Shown piece by piece: positions 51,485 through 64,000 of a DNA stretch of 64,000 bases. Within the stretch, counting starts at the first letter, position 1; each line of letters starts with the position of its first letter. This DNA comes from Octopus sinensis. Taxonomy: Eukaryota. The notes beneath the pieces are model-generated. The model searched no databases, was not told the DNA's origin, and worked only from the letters and a program-made list of their open reading frames with translations. The stretch lies in contig NC_043002.1 in NCBI RefSeq assembly GCF_006345805.1, forward strand, positions 48,360,001-48,424,000. The letters run 5' to 3'. Position numbers and translations under genes: made by a program.

Positions 51485-53302
51485 TACACTGGCCAAAATT
51501 AGTTTAAGACCGATGATGACAGTTCTATTCCTTCGTTAATATATTTTTATCAAAACAAAAAAATATTTTACTTTTTATAATTTATGTAGAATGTTTTCTC
51601 TTTCGAATGATATAGGCATTATATATCTTTCTGCAATTCGAATAATTTTCATGCGCAATTGATTCAAATGATTAAAAACTGTCGTCAAAATATGTTTAAG
51701 ACCGCACCAAGATTATACAAATTGATAAACCAAAGGGTGTACATGTGGCTGGTCGTACTGCACTGCTTCGTTTAATAATCGAGCATTGTTACACATTAAT
51801 TTGCTATGGGAAAGCGTCGTCGTATCAGGCCAGGTACTAGATCGAAGATCGTGTTACTTCATCAGCAAAATGTGTCCGTCATAAACATTTGCAAGCAATT
51901 AGGGTGCAGAAAATCGGCTTATGTTCAAGCAAGGAAGCTTTACCAAGCCAATAGCCAATACAAAAATCGGCAAAGAACGAGGGCTCCGAGAAAAACAACA
52001 GTACAGATGGAACGGTGAATTCATAGGATTTCTGAAGGTAACCGAATGCTAACAGCAGTGGACATTTGCATGTAATTATCTGATGAAATTGACATCAGCT
52101 TTACACCACAAACTGTCAGAAACCGTCTAAAATCAATTTGGACTGCTCTGCCGGGTCGCTCGAAAGAAACGGATAATTTTTGAGACGAACCAACAGAAGA
52201 GGATCGAGTTTGCTAAAAGCCATATTGAATGGACGGCCGAAGACCGTCAAAAGTTCTTTGGGGCGACGAATCCAGCTTCTGCATCTTTGGATCGGACGGA
52301 AAGACTTATGTTAGATGCCGCCCAACTGAAGTATTCCATCCTAAGTGTGTCAAGAAAACCGTGCAAGCGGGAGTGGGGTAATGATGTGGGCTGCGTTCAG
52401 TAGCTTAGGTGTTGGTCCAATTGTTAAAGGTGATGACAGACTTAACAGTGTAGGCTATCTACAATTAATAAATGAAAATTCTCTGTCATATTTAAAGAAT
52501 CAGATGCCACGGGAATCTATTTTCCAGCAGGACAATTGCCCCGTTCATAAGGCTAGGAAAGTTTTGCAATATTTTGAGCGCACAATATTGAGTTTATGTA
52601 TTTATGAACTAATTACAGACAGTCGTCTAAGGTGCCATACAGTAGGACTGAATCCGGAACCATGTGGTTGGGAACTAAGTTTCTTACCACATAGCCATGC
52701 CTGCGCCTATCCATCAATTCATACATACATACATACATACATACATACATACATACATTCATACATACATAAATACATACATACATACATACATACATAC
52801 ATACATACATACATACACACAAACACACACACACGCATACATACATACATACATACATACATACATACATACACACAAACACACACACACGCATACATAC
52901 ATACATACATACATACATACATACATACATACATACATACATACATACATAAAGTGGCTATTGAGTTGCATCCGCAGTGAGCAGATCGGAATCCATTAGA
53001 AAATTTATGGAATTATGTTTCTAAAAGAGTTCATGCTAAAATAAACAACAATTTTGTCCCAGTTATATCATTTTATTGACGAAATACGACAGTATATCCC
53101 AAGTGACTTTTGTGCTCATTTGTCGAACTCCATGTCTGGCGTTGTAAGGCGGTAATTGAAATTAATGGTTATGGAACTAGATATTAATAATAAACGTTTG
53201 TTCGTTGATCATCTGTGCCTTAAATTTTCAATTTAAACAAAATAATGTTCGTACGGTCTGAAACTTAATTTGTCGACAATTTTTAATCATTTGAATTAAT
53301 TA
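51485..53302 (+). mobile_element. Tc1-like element (IR/DR-type ends), defective and SINE-interrupted
   Basis: TA|CACTGGCCAAAATTAGTTTAAGACCG at the left end, with an inner repeat at ~51680-51707 mirrored at 53251-53300. Transposase from 51806 with GDES, QQDNCPVH and NPLENLW. Confidence 0.88.
52615..52950 (-). mobile_element. SINE family A head plus (TACA)n inserted between the second D and the E of the Tc1 transposase
   Basis: GGACTGAATCCGGAACCATGTGGTTGGG...CCATGCCTGCGCC separates QQDN from NPLENLW. Confidence 0.75.
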
Positions 53303-53520
53303 CAGATAGTTGTCCAAGGTGTCACACAGTGCGACTGAACCCGGGACCATGTGGTTGGGAAGTAAGTTTCTTACCATATAGCCAAGCCTGTGCCTATACA
53401 TACATACATACATACATACATACATACATACATACATACATAAACACACACATACATGCGCACACATACGTGTACGTATGATGTATGTACGTACGTACGT
53501 ATGTATGTATGTATGTATTT

Positions 53521-54240
53521 GAATGCTTCATAAAAATATAAATAAATATAAATATGTAGATACAATTAAAGTATAAAACATAAATATATTCGGGTGACAT
53601 CATATGAAATTGTATGTCCGTGATTGGAATCAATGAGAAAACTATTATACATGCAAGGTCAATATTACATTAATCCAAATTATCATATGGTTCAAAATCC
53701 ATAGCGATGACTTAAGAGGATTTAAAATATTTTTTTCTTTTAATTTTAAAAATGTTTTAGATTATTTTTGAATTTTAACAATTTGAAGTTTAGAGCGGAG
53801 GTACATGTTATTGAGGCACATGAACAGCTTGTACTTTCGCTCCAAATTTCAAAATTTCAAAAAGTTTTAAACATAATTCTAAAATGAAAAAAAAACAATC
53901 TTTTAAATCCTCTTAAGTCATCTCTGAAGAAAGAAATGTGGATAACTGTGATGGATGGAAATGGTTCGCTCATTTCATACAACATGTTCTTGAAACAACC
54001 ATAAGAATGTGAACTTACCCTGGATTTATATATGGGTTACTCTTTCAATCATTTTGAACCACCCTTTCATCCAATTGATAATTTGGGTTAATATGATATT
54101 GACCTTGCATGTATAATAGTTTTCTCACTGATTTCAAACACGGACATGCAATTTCAGATGATGTCATGCGAATATATGTATGCTTTATATCTTATATGTA
54201 TCTGCATATTTATATTTACATATATTTTTATGAATTACTC
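53521..54240. mobile_element. Fold-back/MITE with ~165-bp TIRs and a nested internal inverted repeat (second copy ~56180-56897)
   Basis: 53521-53685 is inverted relative to 54076-54240. Internal arms GATGACTTAAGAGGATTTAAAA / TTTTAAATCCTCTTAAGTCATC span 53706-53921. Confidence 0.75.
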
Positions 54241-54422
54241 CGATGTTGGGAAATCTACTGGCGAAATGAATTCTGACTCCTGAAATTTGTTCTCTTTTTA
54301 TCAATGTTTATATTTCATGTCGCTCTATTAATTAGAGCACTAAGTTGTTACTCAGTACAGGGAGTTAATCTCCTTTCTATCTGATTATATATATATTATA
54401 TCATATATATATATAAATATAT

Positions 54423-54931
54423 ATAACTAATGTAGGATAAAATTCTTTTCGGGAAAAAAAATTCATCAATGGCCAGCATATCAAAAAATACTTTTAAAGG
54501 TTAAATTTATAAATAATTTACAAGATAAGGGTAAAAGAAAATTTCTAATACCAAATATGCCGAAAATAAGACAAAATTGTCAATAACCATTATAATTTAT
54601 GCGTCTCGAAACAAACCGATAGAAATTTCTAAACAAATCAGTTATTACCGTATTGGTCCAATTTCGGGGTTAATTCATAAGAATTTTCCCCTCTTCAGCG
54701 ATAAATACGTGGGATATAAGTGAAATACTTATTGATACCCATGGAAAAAGCAAGTACTAAATCCTGAGCAGACCTAAGTAAACCAAATATATCTAAAATA
54801 GAAAATCTTCGGCACATCTCGAGACACGTGTGATTCGAACTAGAAACTTTCACAGATTGAGAGAATCCGGAGGTGAACACTATTCAATTTATAACTAATG
54901 TTGGATAAAAATTTTTTCGGGAAAAAAAAAA
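54423..54931 (-). mobile_element. 468-bp hammerhead unit with ~40-bp terminal redundancy, in (TA)n
   Basis: ATAACTAATGTWGGATAAAATT...CGGGAAAAAAA at 54423 and 54891; hammerhead inside; TA tracts on both sides. Confidence 0.8.
54645..54704 (-). ncRNA. Type I hammerhead ribozyme, canonical core
   Basis: Reverse complement reads ttatcg-CTGAAGA-gggg...cccc-GAAA-ttgg a ccaa-TA-cggtaa. Confidence 0.82.
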
Positions 54932-57069
54932 ATATATATATATATATATCAGATGCCACGGGGATCTATTTTCCAGCAGGACAATTGCCTCGTTCATAAG
55001 GCTAGGAAAGTTTTGCAATATTTTGAGCACACAATATTGAGTTTATATATTTATGAACTAATTACAGACAGTCGTCTAAGGTACCACGCAGTAGGACTGA
55101 ATCCGGAACCATGTGGTTGGGAACTAAGTTTCTTACCACATAGCCACGCCTGCGCCTATCCATCCATTCATTCATACATACATACATACATACATACATA
55201 CATGCATACATACATACATACGTACATACGTCCATACATCCATCCATCCATCCATCCATACATACATACATACATACATACATACATACATAAATACACA
55301 CATACATACATACACACAAACACATACACACGCATACATACATACATACATACATACATACATACATACATACATACATACATACATACATACTTAAAGT
55401 GGCTATTGAGTTGCATCCGCAGAGAGCAGATCGGAACCCATTAGAAAATTTATGGAATTATGTTTCTAAAAGAGTTCATGCTAAAATAAACAACAATTTT
55501 GTCCCAGGTATATCATATTATTGAAGAAATATGACAGAATATTCCAAGTGACTTCTGGGCTCATTTGGCGAATTCCATGTCCCGCGTTGTAAGGCCGTTA
55601 TTGAAATTAATGGTTATGGAACTAGATATTAATAATAAACGTTTGTTCATTGATCATTTGTGCCTTAAATTTTCAATTTAAACAAAATAATGTTCGTACG
55701 GTCTGAAACTTAATTTGTCGACAATTTTTAATCATTTGAATTAATTACAGATAGTTGTCCAAGGTGTCACACAATGGGACTGAACCCGGGACCATGTGGC
55801 TGGGAAGTAAGTTTCTTACCACATAGCCAAGCCTGTGCCTATACATACATACATACATACATACATACATACATACATACATACATAAGTACACACATAC
55901 ATGCGCACACATACGTGTATGTATGATGTATGTACGTACGTACGTATGTATGTATGTATGTATATATGTATGCATGTATTTGAATACTTCATAAAAATAT
56001 AAATAAATATAAATATGTAGATACAATTATAGCCAAGCCTGTGCCTATACATACATACATACATACATACATACATACATACATACATACATACATACAT
56101 AAACACACACATACATGCGCACACATACGTGTACGTATGATGTATGTACGTACGTACGTATGTATGTATGTATGTATTTGAATGCTTCATAAAAATATAA
56201 ATAAATATAAATATGTAGATACAATTAAAGTATAAAACATAAATATATTCGGGTGACATCATATGAAATTGTATGTCCGTGATTGGAATCAATGAGAAAA
56301 CTATTATACATGCAAGGTCAATATTACATTAATCCAAATTATCATATGGTTCAAAATCCATAGCGATGACTTAAGAGGATTTAAAAGATTTTTTTCTTTT
56401 AATTTTAAAAATATGTTTTAGATTATTTTTGAATTTTAACAATTTGAAGTTTAGAGCGGAAGTACATGTTATTGAGGCACATGAACAGCTTGTGCTTTCG
56501 CTCCAAATTTCAAAATTTCAAAAAGTTTTAAACGTAATTCTAAAATGAAAAAAAACAATCTTTTAAATCCTCTGAAGTCATCTCTGAAGAAAGAAATGTG
56601 GATAACTGTGATGGATGGAAATGGTTCGCCCATTTCATACATGTTCTTGAAACAACCATAAGAATTTGAACTTACCCTGGATTTATATATGGGTTACTCT
56701 TTCAATCATTTTGAACCACCCTTTCATCCAATTGATAATTTGGGTTAATATGATATTGACCTTGCATGTATAATAGTTTTCTCACCGATTTCAAACACGG
56801 ACATGAAATTTCAGATGATGTCATGCGAAAATATTTATGCTTTATATCTTATATGTATCTACATATTTATATTTACATATATTTTTATGAAGTATTCCGA
56901 TGTTGGGAAATCTACTGACGAAATGAATTCTTCTGACTCCTGAAATTGAAATTTATTTTCTTTTTATGAATCTTTATATTTCATGTTGCTCTATTAATTA
57001 GAGCGCTAAGTTATTGCTCTGTACAGAGAGTTATTTTCCTTTCTATCTGATTACATATATATTATATCT

Positions 57070-57146
<77 letters not shown>

Positions 57147-57160
57147 ATTATATATATATA

Positions 57161-57790
57161 TTAGGTTGGAAAAGGAATTATGTTGCATGTCATTTCAAGA
57201 TGGGAAAGAAACGAATTATTCTTTGCTTTTAACGGTCTTAATTACTAAATGTAATATTTACTCAAAATAATATTTTCCTCATTAGTGATAACATATTCGC
57301 ATCTATTTGATAAATAGTCGATCCCGTGAACGTAAAATTCTTTACCTTTTGAAGCAAATAAACATTCAATAGCATTTTTAACCACTTCACAATAAATGAA
57401 ATTATCTATAAAGTCAGATGGTGCAAAGCCAGGAGACTAAGAAAGATGTGGAAATCTTCCATATTTAGTGTCATAATCTTTTGCTTAGTGACGGGAAATA
57501 TGTGTTCTTGCATTATCGTGTAAGAGAAACACGCCATTACGATTGACCTACGAAGGGAGCTGCTTCTGCGAATTTTTGTTTAATATTTCCATTTAACAAT
57601 ATTCCTCTGCAGTAACCATTTTGTTTTGCTTTAGCATTTCGTGACAGACAACCTTCATATCCCGCCAAACACAGCATAATATCTTTCGGTGGGTGGCAGC
57701 CATTTTGGTTTTCGTTGGACATGCTTATAAAAAATCTACTTTTCATCCTTTTCATCACTGCTGCCGATTCTACTCAGGAAAGGTTTAATA
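57161..57790 (-). mobile_element. Mariner remnant (3' half with TIR)
   Basis: HDNARTH, SPGFAPSDF and FASKGKEFYVHGI on the minus strand; TIR-like TTAGGTTGG at 57161. Confidence 0.75.
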
Positions 57791-57902
57791 GCAAGCCTAC
57801 TTTTCAATGACTTCAACGCTTGTTTTACTGAATATATATATAGCAAAAACTGTCCGATGAACGGCAACGGGAAACAACGGGAATCTATCAATCAATAGAT
57901 TT

Positions 57903-58049
<147 letters not shown>

Positions 58050-59029
58050 TACATGGGCATGAACGCATTGATGTATATGTGTGAGCACGCAATATGTGAA
58101 GAGTGATCAAAGTATCAAACGAATAAGTTTCCTAATAGCTTACAAGCAACATTCCATTTTCAATATTTTTCTCTGCTGAAGTTCTCTACTTCACCCAAAT
58201 GTTTCTGTCACGCAAGTCTCGAAAAGGAATTTTAAGATATGTGTTCTACACAGTTATTTCCAATTTAAATGTCATTCAGGATAATTAGATTTGGAAGAAC
58301 ATGAATAAGAACTCGCAGAATATGCTAGGAGTAACATAATCGCACTTTTACAAAACGAATTTTGCAAGAACTCAATCCTATATTGGAGTATGGTAAGAAT
58401 ATTGTAACATGTGTATGACCGTTATAAAGACAATCTCACTGATTTTCTACAAAAGAATTTTTGTCTTCTTAGCTCTTTGACTCTCTGAATCGTTTTCATA
58501 AGCTTGTCTTAAATATTCATGTTTGTTTCAGACTTTTAGTTAACCCTTGTGTCATACCCTCTTTGTAATATTAAACTCTCCTTTAATATAGCCCAAATTA
58601 TGCTGCTGATTGAAACATAATTGTATATGCATCATATACGATGCATGGACACCTCAGAAATATGACCTGTACAACAGACTCATGTGATAAATAGGTCAGA
58701 CTTAGGCTTAATAAAAACAGAACTCCGTGATCGTATTTTTTTGTGGAAGTCAAATCAGGTTTTAATTCCATGATTTTAAAAATTAAATATCAGGTTTTCC
58801 ATAACCCTTACAATATGGAAGGGCAGAAAAATATTGTACATAATATTATTGCGTTGCCAAAATATATTATCCAATGATATTACAACTACATATTAGACGA
58901 GAGATTCAAACGTCACAATTTTACTCTGCCCCACACGATTTCATGGAAACTTTGAATTAGATAATATTTTTCCGCACTTAATTTATGTATGAAATAACTT
59001 TGAATTATGATGTTACTGTTGTTTTATCT

Positions 59030-59221
59030 TTTATCTTTTAGCTGTTTCTGTCATTAGACTGCGACCATGCTGAAGAATTTTTAGTCGAATGAATCGACCC
59101 TAATATTTTTTAAAGCTTGGTACTTATTCTAACGATGTCTTTCGCCGAACTGTTATGTCACAGGAGCGTAAACACACCTACACCTGTTTGCAAGCAGTAG
59201 TGGAGGAGGAACAAACACAAA

Positions 59222-59225
<4 letters not shown>
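59030..59225 (-). mobile_element. SINE family A 3' fragment
   Basis: GTCATTAGACTGCGACCATGCTG...TTTAGTCGAATGAATCGACCC. Confidence 0.65.
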
Positions 59226-59229
<4 letters not shown>

Positions 59230-59254
<25 letters not shown>

Positions 59255-59487
59255 CTACGTACATATATACATTCGTACATACATACAAATATATATATGC
59301 ATATACACACGCATACACTCGAAAACTTGCGCACGCACACTCCACACACACACACACACCACACACACACACACATCTACGTACATATATACATTCGTAC
59401 ATACATACAAATATATATATGCATATACACACGCATACACTCGAAAACTTGCGCACGCACACTCCACACACACACACACACACACAC
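59230..59487. repeat. Two-copy ~122-bp tandem repeat of degenerate CA/TA sequence
   Basis: ACATCTACGTACATATATACATTCG...CTCGAAAACTTGCGCACGC occurs twice. Confidence 0.85.
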
Positions 59488-60559
59488 TCATTGTTAGAAT
59501 TGCTAAATGAAAAACTGGGAGGGGGCCATTGGCATAAATTTGAATAATAACATTAAATGGTGTTTTTTCAGATGAGTTTAAGAATAACAACAGGACCTTT
59601 GCTGATGTTTTTTTTTTTTTGTAAGTAGAGAGTTATATTTGTTGTGAATAGTTGTTGTGGAGTTAAGTGGGACTTTACTATATATCTACGTGTGCGTGTA
59701 TGTTCGTTTGTGTGTGCTTTTGTGTGTGTGTATGTGGGGTTGTATGTATTAGTAATGTTTACGATATGAAGGTAGGCGAGTTACAAAAAGCTACACACAC
59801 AGAAAGAAAGACGGGAGAGGAATGAAAGAGTGATTCATGCATACGTACATATATGCATGAATACAAATAGACCAACCGAGAGAAAGAGGTAGAGAATTAT
59901 ATTATTTAGTTCTAGAATACCAGCGCTTGTGCAGGATGAAAAGGAATCCGAGAGAAATGTGTTATCACATTTTATCAACGCAAATTCACGTTACGTAAAA
60001 AAGAAGAGAAATGTCACCTTGTGCTATCTGTCAGCTTATTGATCTTTTCTTTAACGAGAAGAAAAGCTTGGCTTCAGTTATTCCATCACCTATTTCGTTC
60101 AATACAGACAAGGAATACTTGTGAAGAATAATATTAATGTTATAACCACATTATCTGAAACTGAATATATATTGGCATTTACAGAATGAAAATAAATAAT
60201 TTATTTTGTGTAAATTTATCAAAGATATCGCAAAGGAAATATACGATTTCTGTTTTAGATTTGGAATAAAACCTTTTTGGAATAATACATCGATCAATAA
60301 ATATTCTATTTTGTGCTGTGTCATTAAATGGAATCACAGGTGTAAATATATGGAATAAAAGTTTTGTTATGCTTGTTTACATGACATTCTGAGTTTGTTA
60401 CAAGCTGAAAGAAAATATTTTTTTATAACTATAAAAGTTGTGAAGAAAACTAGTATGAAATGATTCCTTAAAGAGACATAAAACGATTGAATAACTTTGA
60501 AAATAAACAAGGGTGCATAATAAAATCTGATTCAAAACGTTATTCCGAAATAATAAGAG

Positions 60560-60773
60560 TTTCAAATTTTAGCACAGACCAGAAATTTTAGGGAGAGGAG
60601 ATAAATCAGTTACATCAAATGCTGTACTCAGCTGATACTTATTTTGTCGACTCCGAAAAGATGAAAGGAGAATTCGATCTCTGTGGCATTTGAACACAGA
60701 ACTTAAACGGATGGAAGAAATATTGCCATGCACTTTTTCCGACGCTCTAACGATTCTTTCAGCACACAGCCTT
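60560..60773 (-). mobile_element. SINE family B
   Basis: TTTCAAATTTTAGCACA...GTCGACTCCGAAAAGATGAAAGG...CTAACGATTCT. Confidence 0.7.
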
Positions 60774-61191
60774 TACGTTCCTGAAAACTTAATCCAAAAA
60801 GCCTGAAATCGCAGTCTGTGTTGTGTGGAAAGATAGTCCCTCATCTGCTATTCATTGAAAAGTGAAGGAAATTAGAATACGATGATAACTTAATGCACTT
60901 AGTATATATATATACTTTATGCACAATTTTATAGACTTGATACACGGCACTCATAAAATAAATATGCACTCTCATTTTTCCATCATAAACGAAAAAAAAT
61001 TGCATTTTAAAAATTACATATCTGTAACAAGGTTTGGTACACCTGGCTACTTGAAAAGGAAATCTTCAGGTAGGTCTTTCATGAACCAATGAATAAGACA
61101 TATTCAACAATTTGAAGCCTATCGAACTTTCGGTAAATTATTTCAAAAAAGATTCATTTTAAAAATTAGAGTATAGGTTAAGTTGGAATAT

Positions 61192-61496
61192 CACGTGATC
61201 ACGTGACCGACCAGACCATCAGATGTTGCTACACATCGCTGGTCACAATGCGTTCGCATTGTTTTAGCCTTCGAATGACGCCACCCCGCTGGCTAAGCGA
61301 GCAGGCCAACAGAAGAAAGAGTGGGAGAAAGTGTGTAGAAAGTGTACAGAAGGGATCATCACCCCCTGCCGGGGCCTCGTGGAGCATTTAGGTGTTTTCG
61401 CTCAATAAACACTCACAACGCCCGGCCTGGGAATCGAAACCGCGATCCTACCACCGCGAGTCCACTGCCCTAACCACTGGGCCATTGCACCTCCAC
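61192..61496 (-). mobile_element. Full-length tRNA-derived SINE (family C) with 12-bp TSD
   Basis: Head GTGGAGGTGCAATGGCCCAGTGGTTAGGG...GTTTCGATTCCC; tail (CACGTGAT)n; TSD AAGTTGGAATAT at 61180-61191 and 61497-61508. Confidence 0.9.
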
Positions 61497-63066
61497 AAGT
61501 TGGAATATAATGATATATACGTTCATTATATTTCATCATTATAAGTTGGAATATAATGAACGTATATATCAAGAATATTTTTAGTTATTAGTGTTTTGCG
61601 TTAAATACAAGACGGATTAACTGACATACTCAGCAGAAAATGGATGTTGCAATGTATGCTTTCAATGTTTCTTGTATTGATTAAATGTAAAACACATAGG
61701 AATTTACACCAAAAACGGAAATGTTGGAGTTAAGAAATTAATCAGTGATTATGTTTAACCTTCAACTTCTCGTTGCTGTGTATAGCGCAATACAGAACAT
61801 AGGTAATATATTGTAGTAGAATAATTAAAGGAAGAAATGTTTGAAATCGAGAGAGAGAGAGGGGCAAAACAGACAGACAGACACAGACAGATAGACACTG
61901 ACAGACAGACGAATTGAAGCAACATGTGTAAGATATAATGAGCATGTTAAAGATGGAAAACCATAGAATTTTGATAAAATTTGCTTTAATAATTATGTAT
62001 TGTATGCTTTAATTCAGTTTGATATCAAATGGGATCTTCTTTTCAGAGGAAATTACTTTATACATCGTTTCCATTGTCGTAAACTAAGTCTTGATATGAG
62101 AATGTATACTTTGCCATCAGGTTAAGAAAACATGCTGTGTCGTTCAATTAATAGCTGTGCAACTTGATCTGCATTTTGTTTTATAATTATTAAATGTGAC
62201 CGAGATAGGTAGCTATTCAATCAATGTATAATAACAATACCAATTACGTCAAACTTAATACTAAATATTTCGTTATTATTACAGCTGAAAATAACTTTGA
62301 TATCTTATATAGCCCCAAACATGCAAGCAGTCAAACAGATTCATAGATATGTAGATGCTTACATACATTTTATATATATGACGTATAAAAAGGAAATTAG
62401 ATAACATGATAGCCATGCTTTTAAGAAAAGCATCAACGAATAGAGTTGAAAAAGGAAATGAAACCCTGGATACGACTAACTAGAAGCTAAAATCAAAATT
62501 TATTGTTATTTTGGTAATAGGATGGCAGAAAGAGTAAGGTGCTTTTTCTGAATTTGGTTCTGTCACTCTTCCTTCTGCTTAAACCCACCGCATTCAATAT
62601 TTCATGTTTTTTAAAGAGATTTATAACAGGAACATCAAGCATGTATTGTGGGTAATTTAATTCACTGTGCGTCTCCCCTAAAATGTGCCTGTTTTGAATC
62701 AGCTTAAGTAATCCCTATCAAGGCTGATAAACGATCGAATTGCCAGGAATCACAGAACATTGGAGTAAATTCTACTTTTTATTTTGGGGACGCCATGACT
62801 TTCATTCTGGGATCGATGATGTACTGACGTCAATTTAAATCACTATTTCTTCAATCGATTGTATCATCCTTAAAATAATTTTTTTCTTTTTAAAATCAAT
62901 ATACGCGATACATCGTTTCTTCTCAATTATGAAATATTGTTCAAGTGTTAAAACTCAAGAAATTAAAGAGTTTTGTCAAGATTCTATTGACATAAATTCG
63001 TTTGAGCTCTATATTTATATTTAGTAAATCGATTTCCTTTTCCTCTATGCCGATAAAAATAATAAT

Positions 63067-63284
63067 GGTTTCAAAATTTTGGCACAAAATCAGCAGTTAT
63101 GTAGAGGGAATTAAAGGGTCGATTTCATCTAACCCAGTACTCGACTGATATTTCTTTCATTGACTCCGAAAGGATGAAAGGCAAAGTCAACTTCGGCGGA
63201 ATTTGAACTCTAAACCTAAAAACCGATGAAATGACGTTAAGCGTTTTCTCCGGCGTATTCACGATTCTGTTAACTCACTGCCTT
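63067..63284 (-). mobile_element. SINE family B
   Basis: GAAAGGATGAAAGGCAAAGTCAACTTCGGCGGAATTTGAACTC. Confidence 0.75.
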
Positions 63285-63629
63285 AATATGCTGGATCACA
63301 GATATAGCATGTCCAACTGACAACAAGGTATGCGATGATGAAGTAAGAAAAGTCGATAGATATGACAGGTTAGCTTGGGCGGTTAAACAGTTGGGGGTCG
63401 ATGAAAAAGGTGGTAATAGTACCAATAATTGTCGGAGCCCTGGGAACATAGAATAAAAATCTTGAGAAGTACATGGAATAAACAGGGGCTGCAATAAGGG
63501 GGGAGCACTTGAAGAAAACAGCACTGCTTGGAATATCTCGAAAAATAAGGGATGTTACCTTAGTTCACTGGTAGTGAACAGCTGGCAGCGTAGTACATCT
63601 CCAGCGTTGGAAGCTGTGCAGTGACAATA

Positions 63630-63630
<1 letters not shown>
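63285..63630 (+). mobile_element. 3' end of a second, older Dong/R4-like family
   Basis: DIACPTDNKV...KVDRYDRLAWAVKQL...VPIIVGALGT*...KKTALLG, then a short 3'UTR and (TGA)n(TAA)n. Confidence 0.8.
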
Positions 63631-63661
<31 letters not shown>

Positions 63662-64000
63662 AATAATAATAATAGTTATCTATTCTATAACGGAAAAAGC
63701 TACTTATTAATTAGGTATGTAACAATTACTAAAAGTACTAAAAGAAAGCAATATAAAAAGCTGGAAATATTTTTATCACTTCATGTTCTAAAAAATTTCT
63801 TATGATTTCGATTTCTGAAGTTTATTGAATTTTTTTAACTCCAAATTCTCGCAAATTTAAATATTCATTGCATTCATAGATATTAATGTTTAATAATAAA
63901 CAATATTAATTCGTTGCAGGCAACATTTTAAGCTTTTATTTGCAACAGTTTCTCATTCTCGCTCACCTTCATTTTCATTAATGATAAGTTAATAATAGCT

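Larger units (their letters stand above)
52501..57075. repeat. Tandem segmental duplication (~1.9 kb; 52501-54410 and 54950-57075)
   Basis: Both copies begin CAGATGCCACGGG and end ...CCTTTCTATCTGATTA. Many substitutions; an extra internal ~210-bp repeat lies at 55820-56230. Confidence 0.9.

Noticed and set aside
61420-61496. tRNA gene (also the heads near 27140-27198 and 20690-20760)
   Set aside because: A/B boxes continue into SINE bodies with tails or TSDs; no complete cloverleaf.

Overview
AT-rich, microsatellite-saturated animal genomic DNA with no confidently identifiable host protein-coding gene. The tRNA-derived SINE families and repeat landscape resemble octopus genomes; this is my recognition of the families, not a database result. 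Nearly all long ORFs in the track are transposon-derived or are microsatellite translations. Retroelements present: an RTE LINE 3' fragment, a Tx1/L1-like fragment in (GATA)n, Dong/R4 elements in (TAA)n, a Penelope-like (PLE) RT fragment and many SINEs. DNA elements present: a complete non-autonomous Helitron, a Helitron helicase remnant, two Chapaev3-like copies, Tc1, several mariners, a Tigger remnant and fold-back elements. There are also two kb-scale tandem duplications. The main signal is a set of non-coding repeat units (361, 556 and 468 bp, plus decayed relatives) inserted in (TA)n tracts. They occur as more-than-unit-length tandem and/or fold-back arrays, and each carries a minimal type I hammerhead ribozyme with a palindromic or near-palindromic stem III. 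Two hammerheads have variant cores (UUGAUAA, UCGAAAA). These look like PLE pseudo-LTR or retrozyme-like mobile RNAs. One family also left a 39-bp 3'-end insertion flanked by a 14-bp TSD whose empty site is visible in a paralog.
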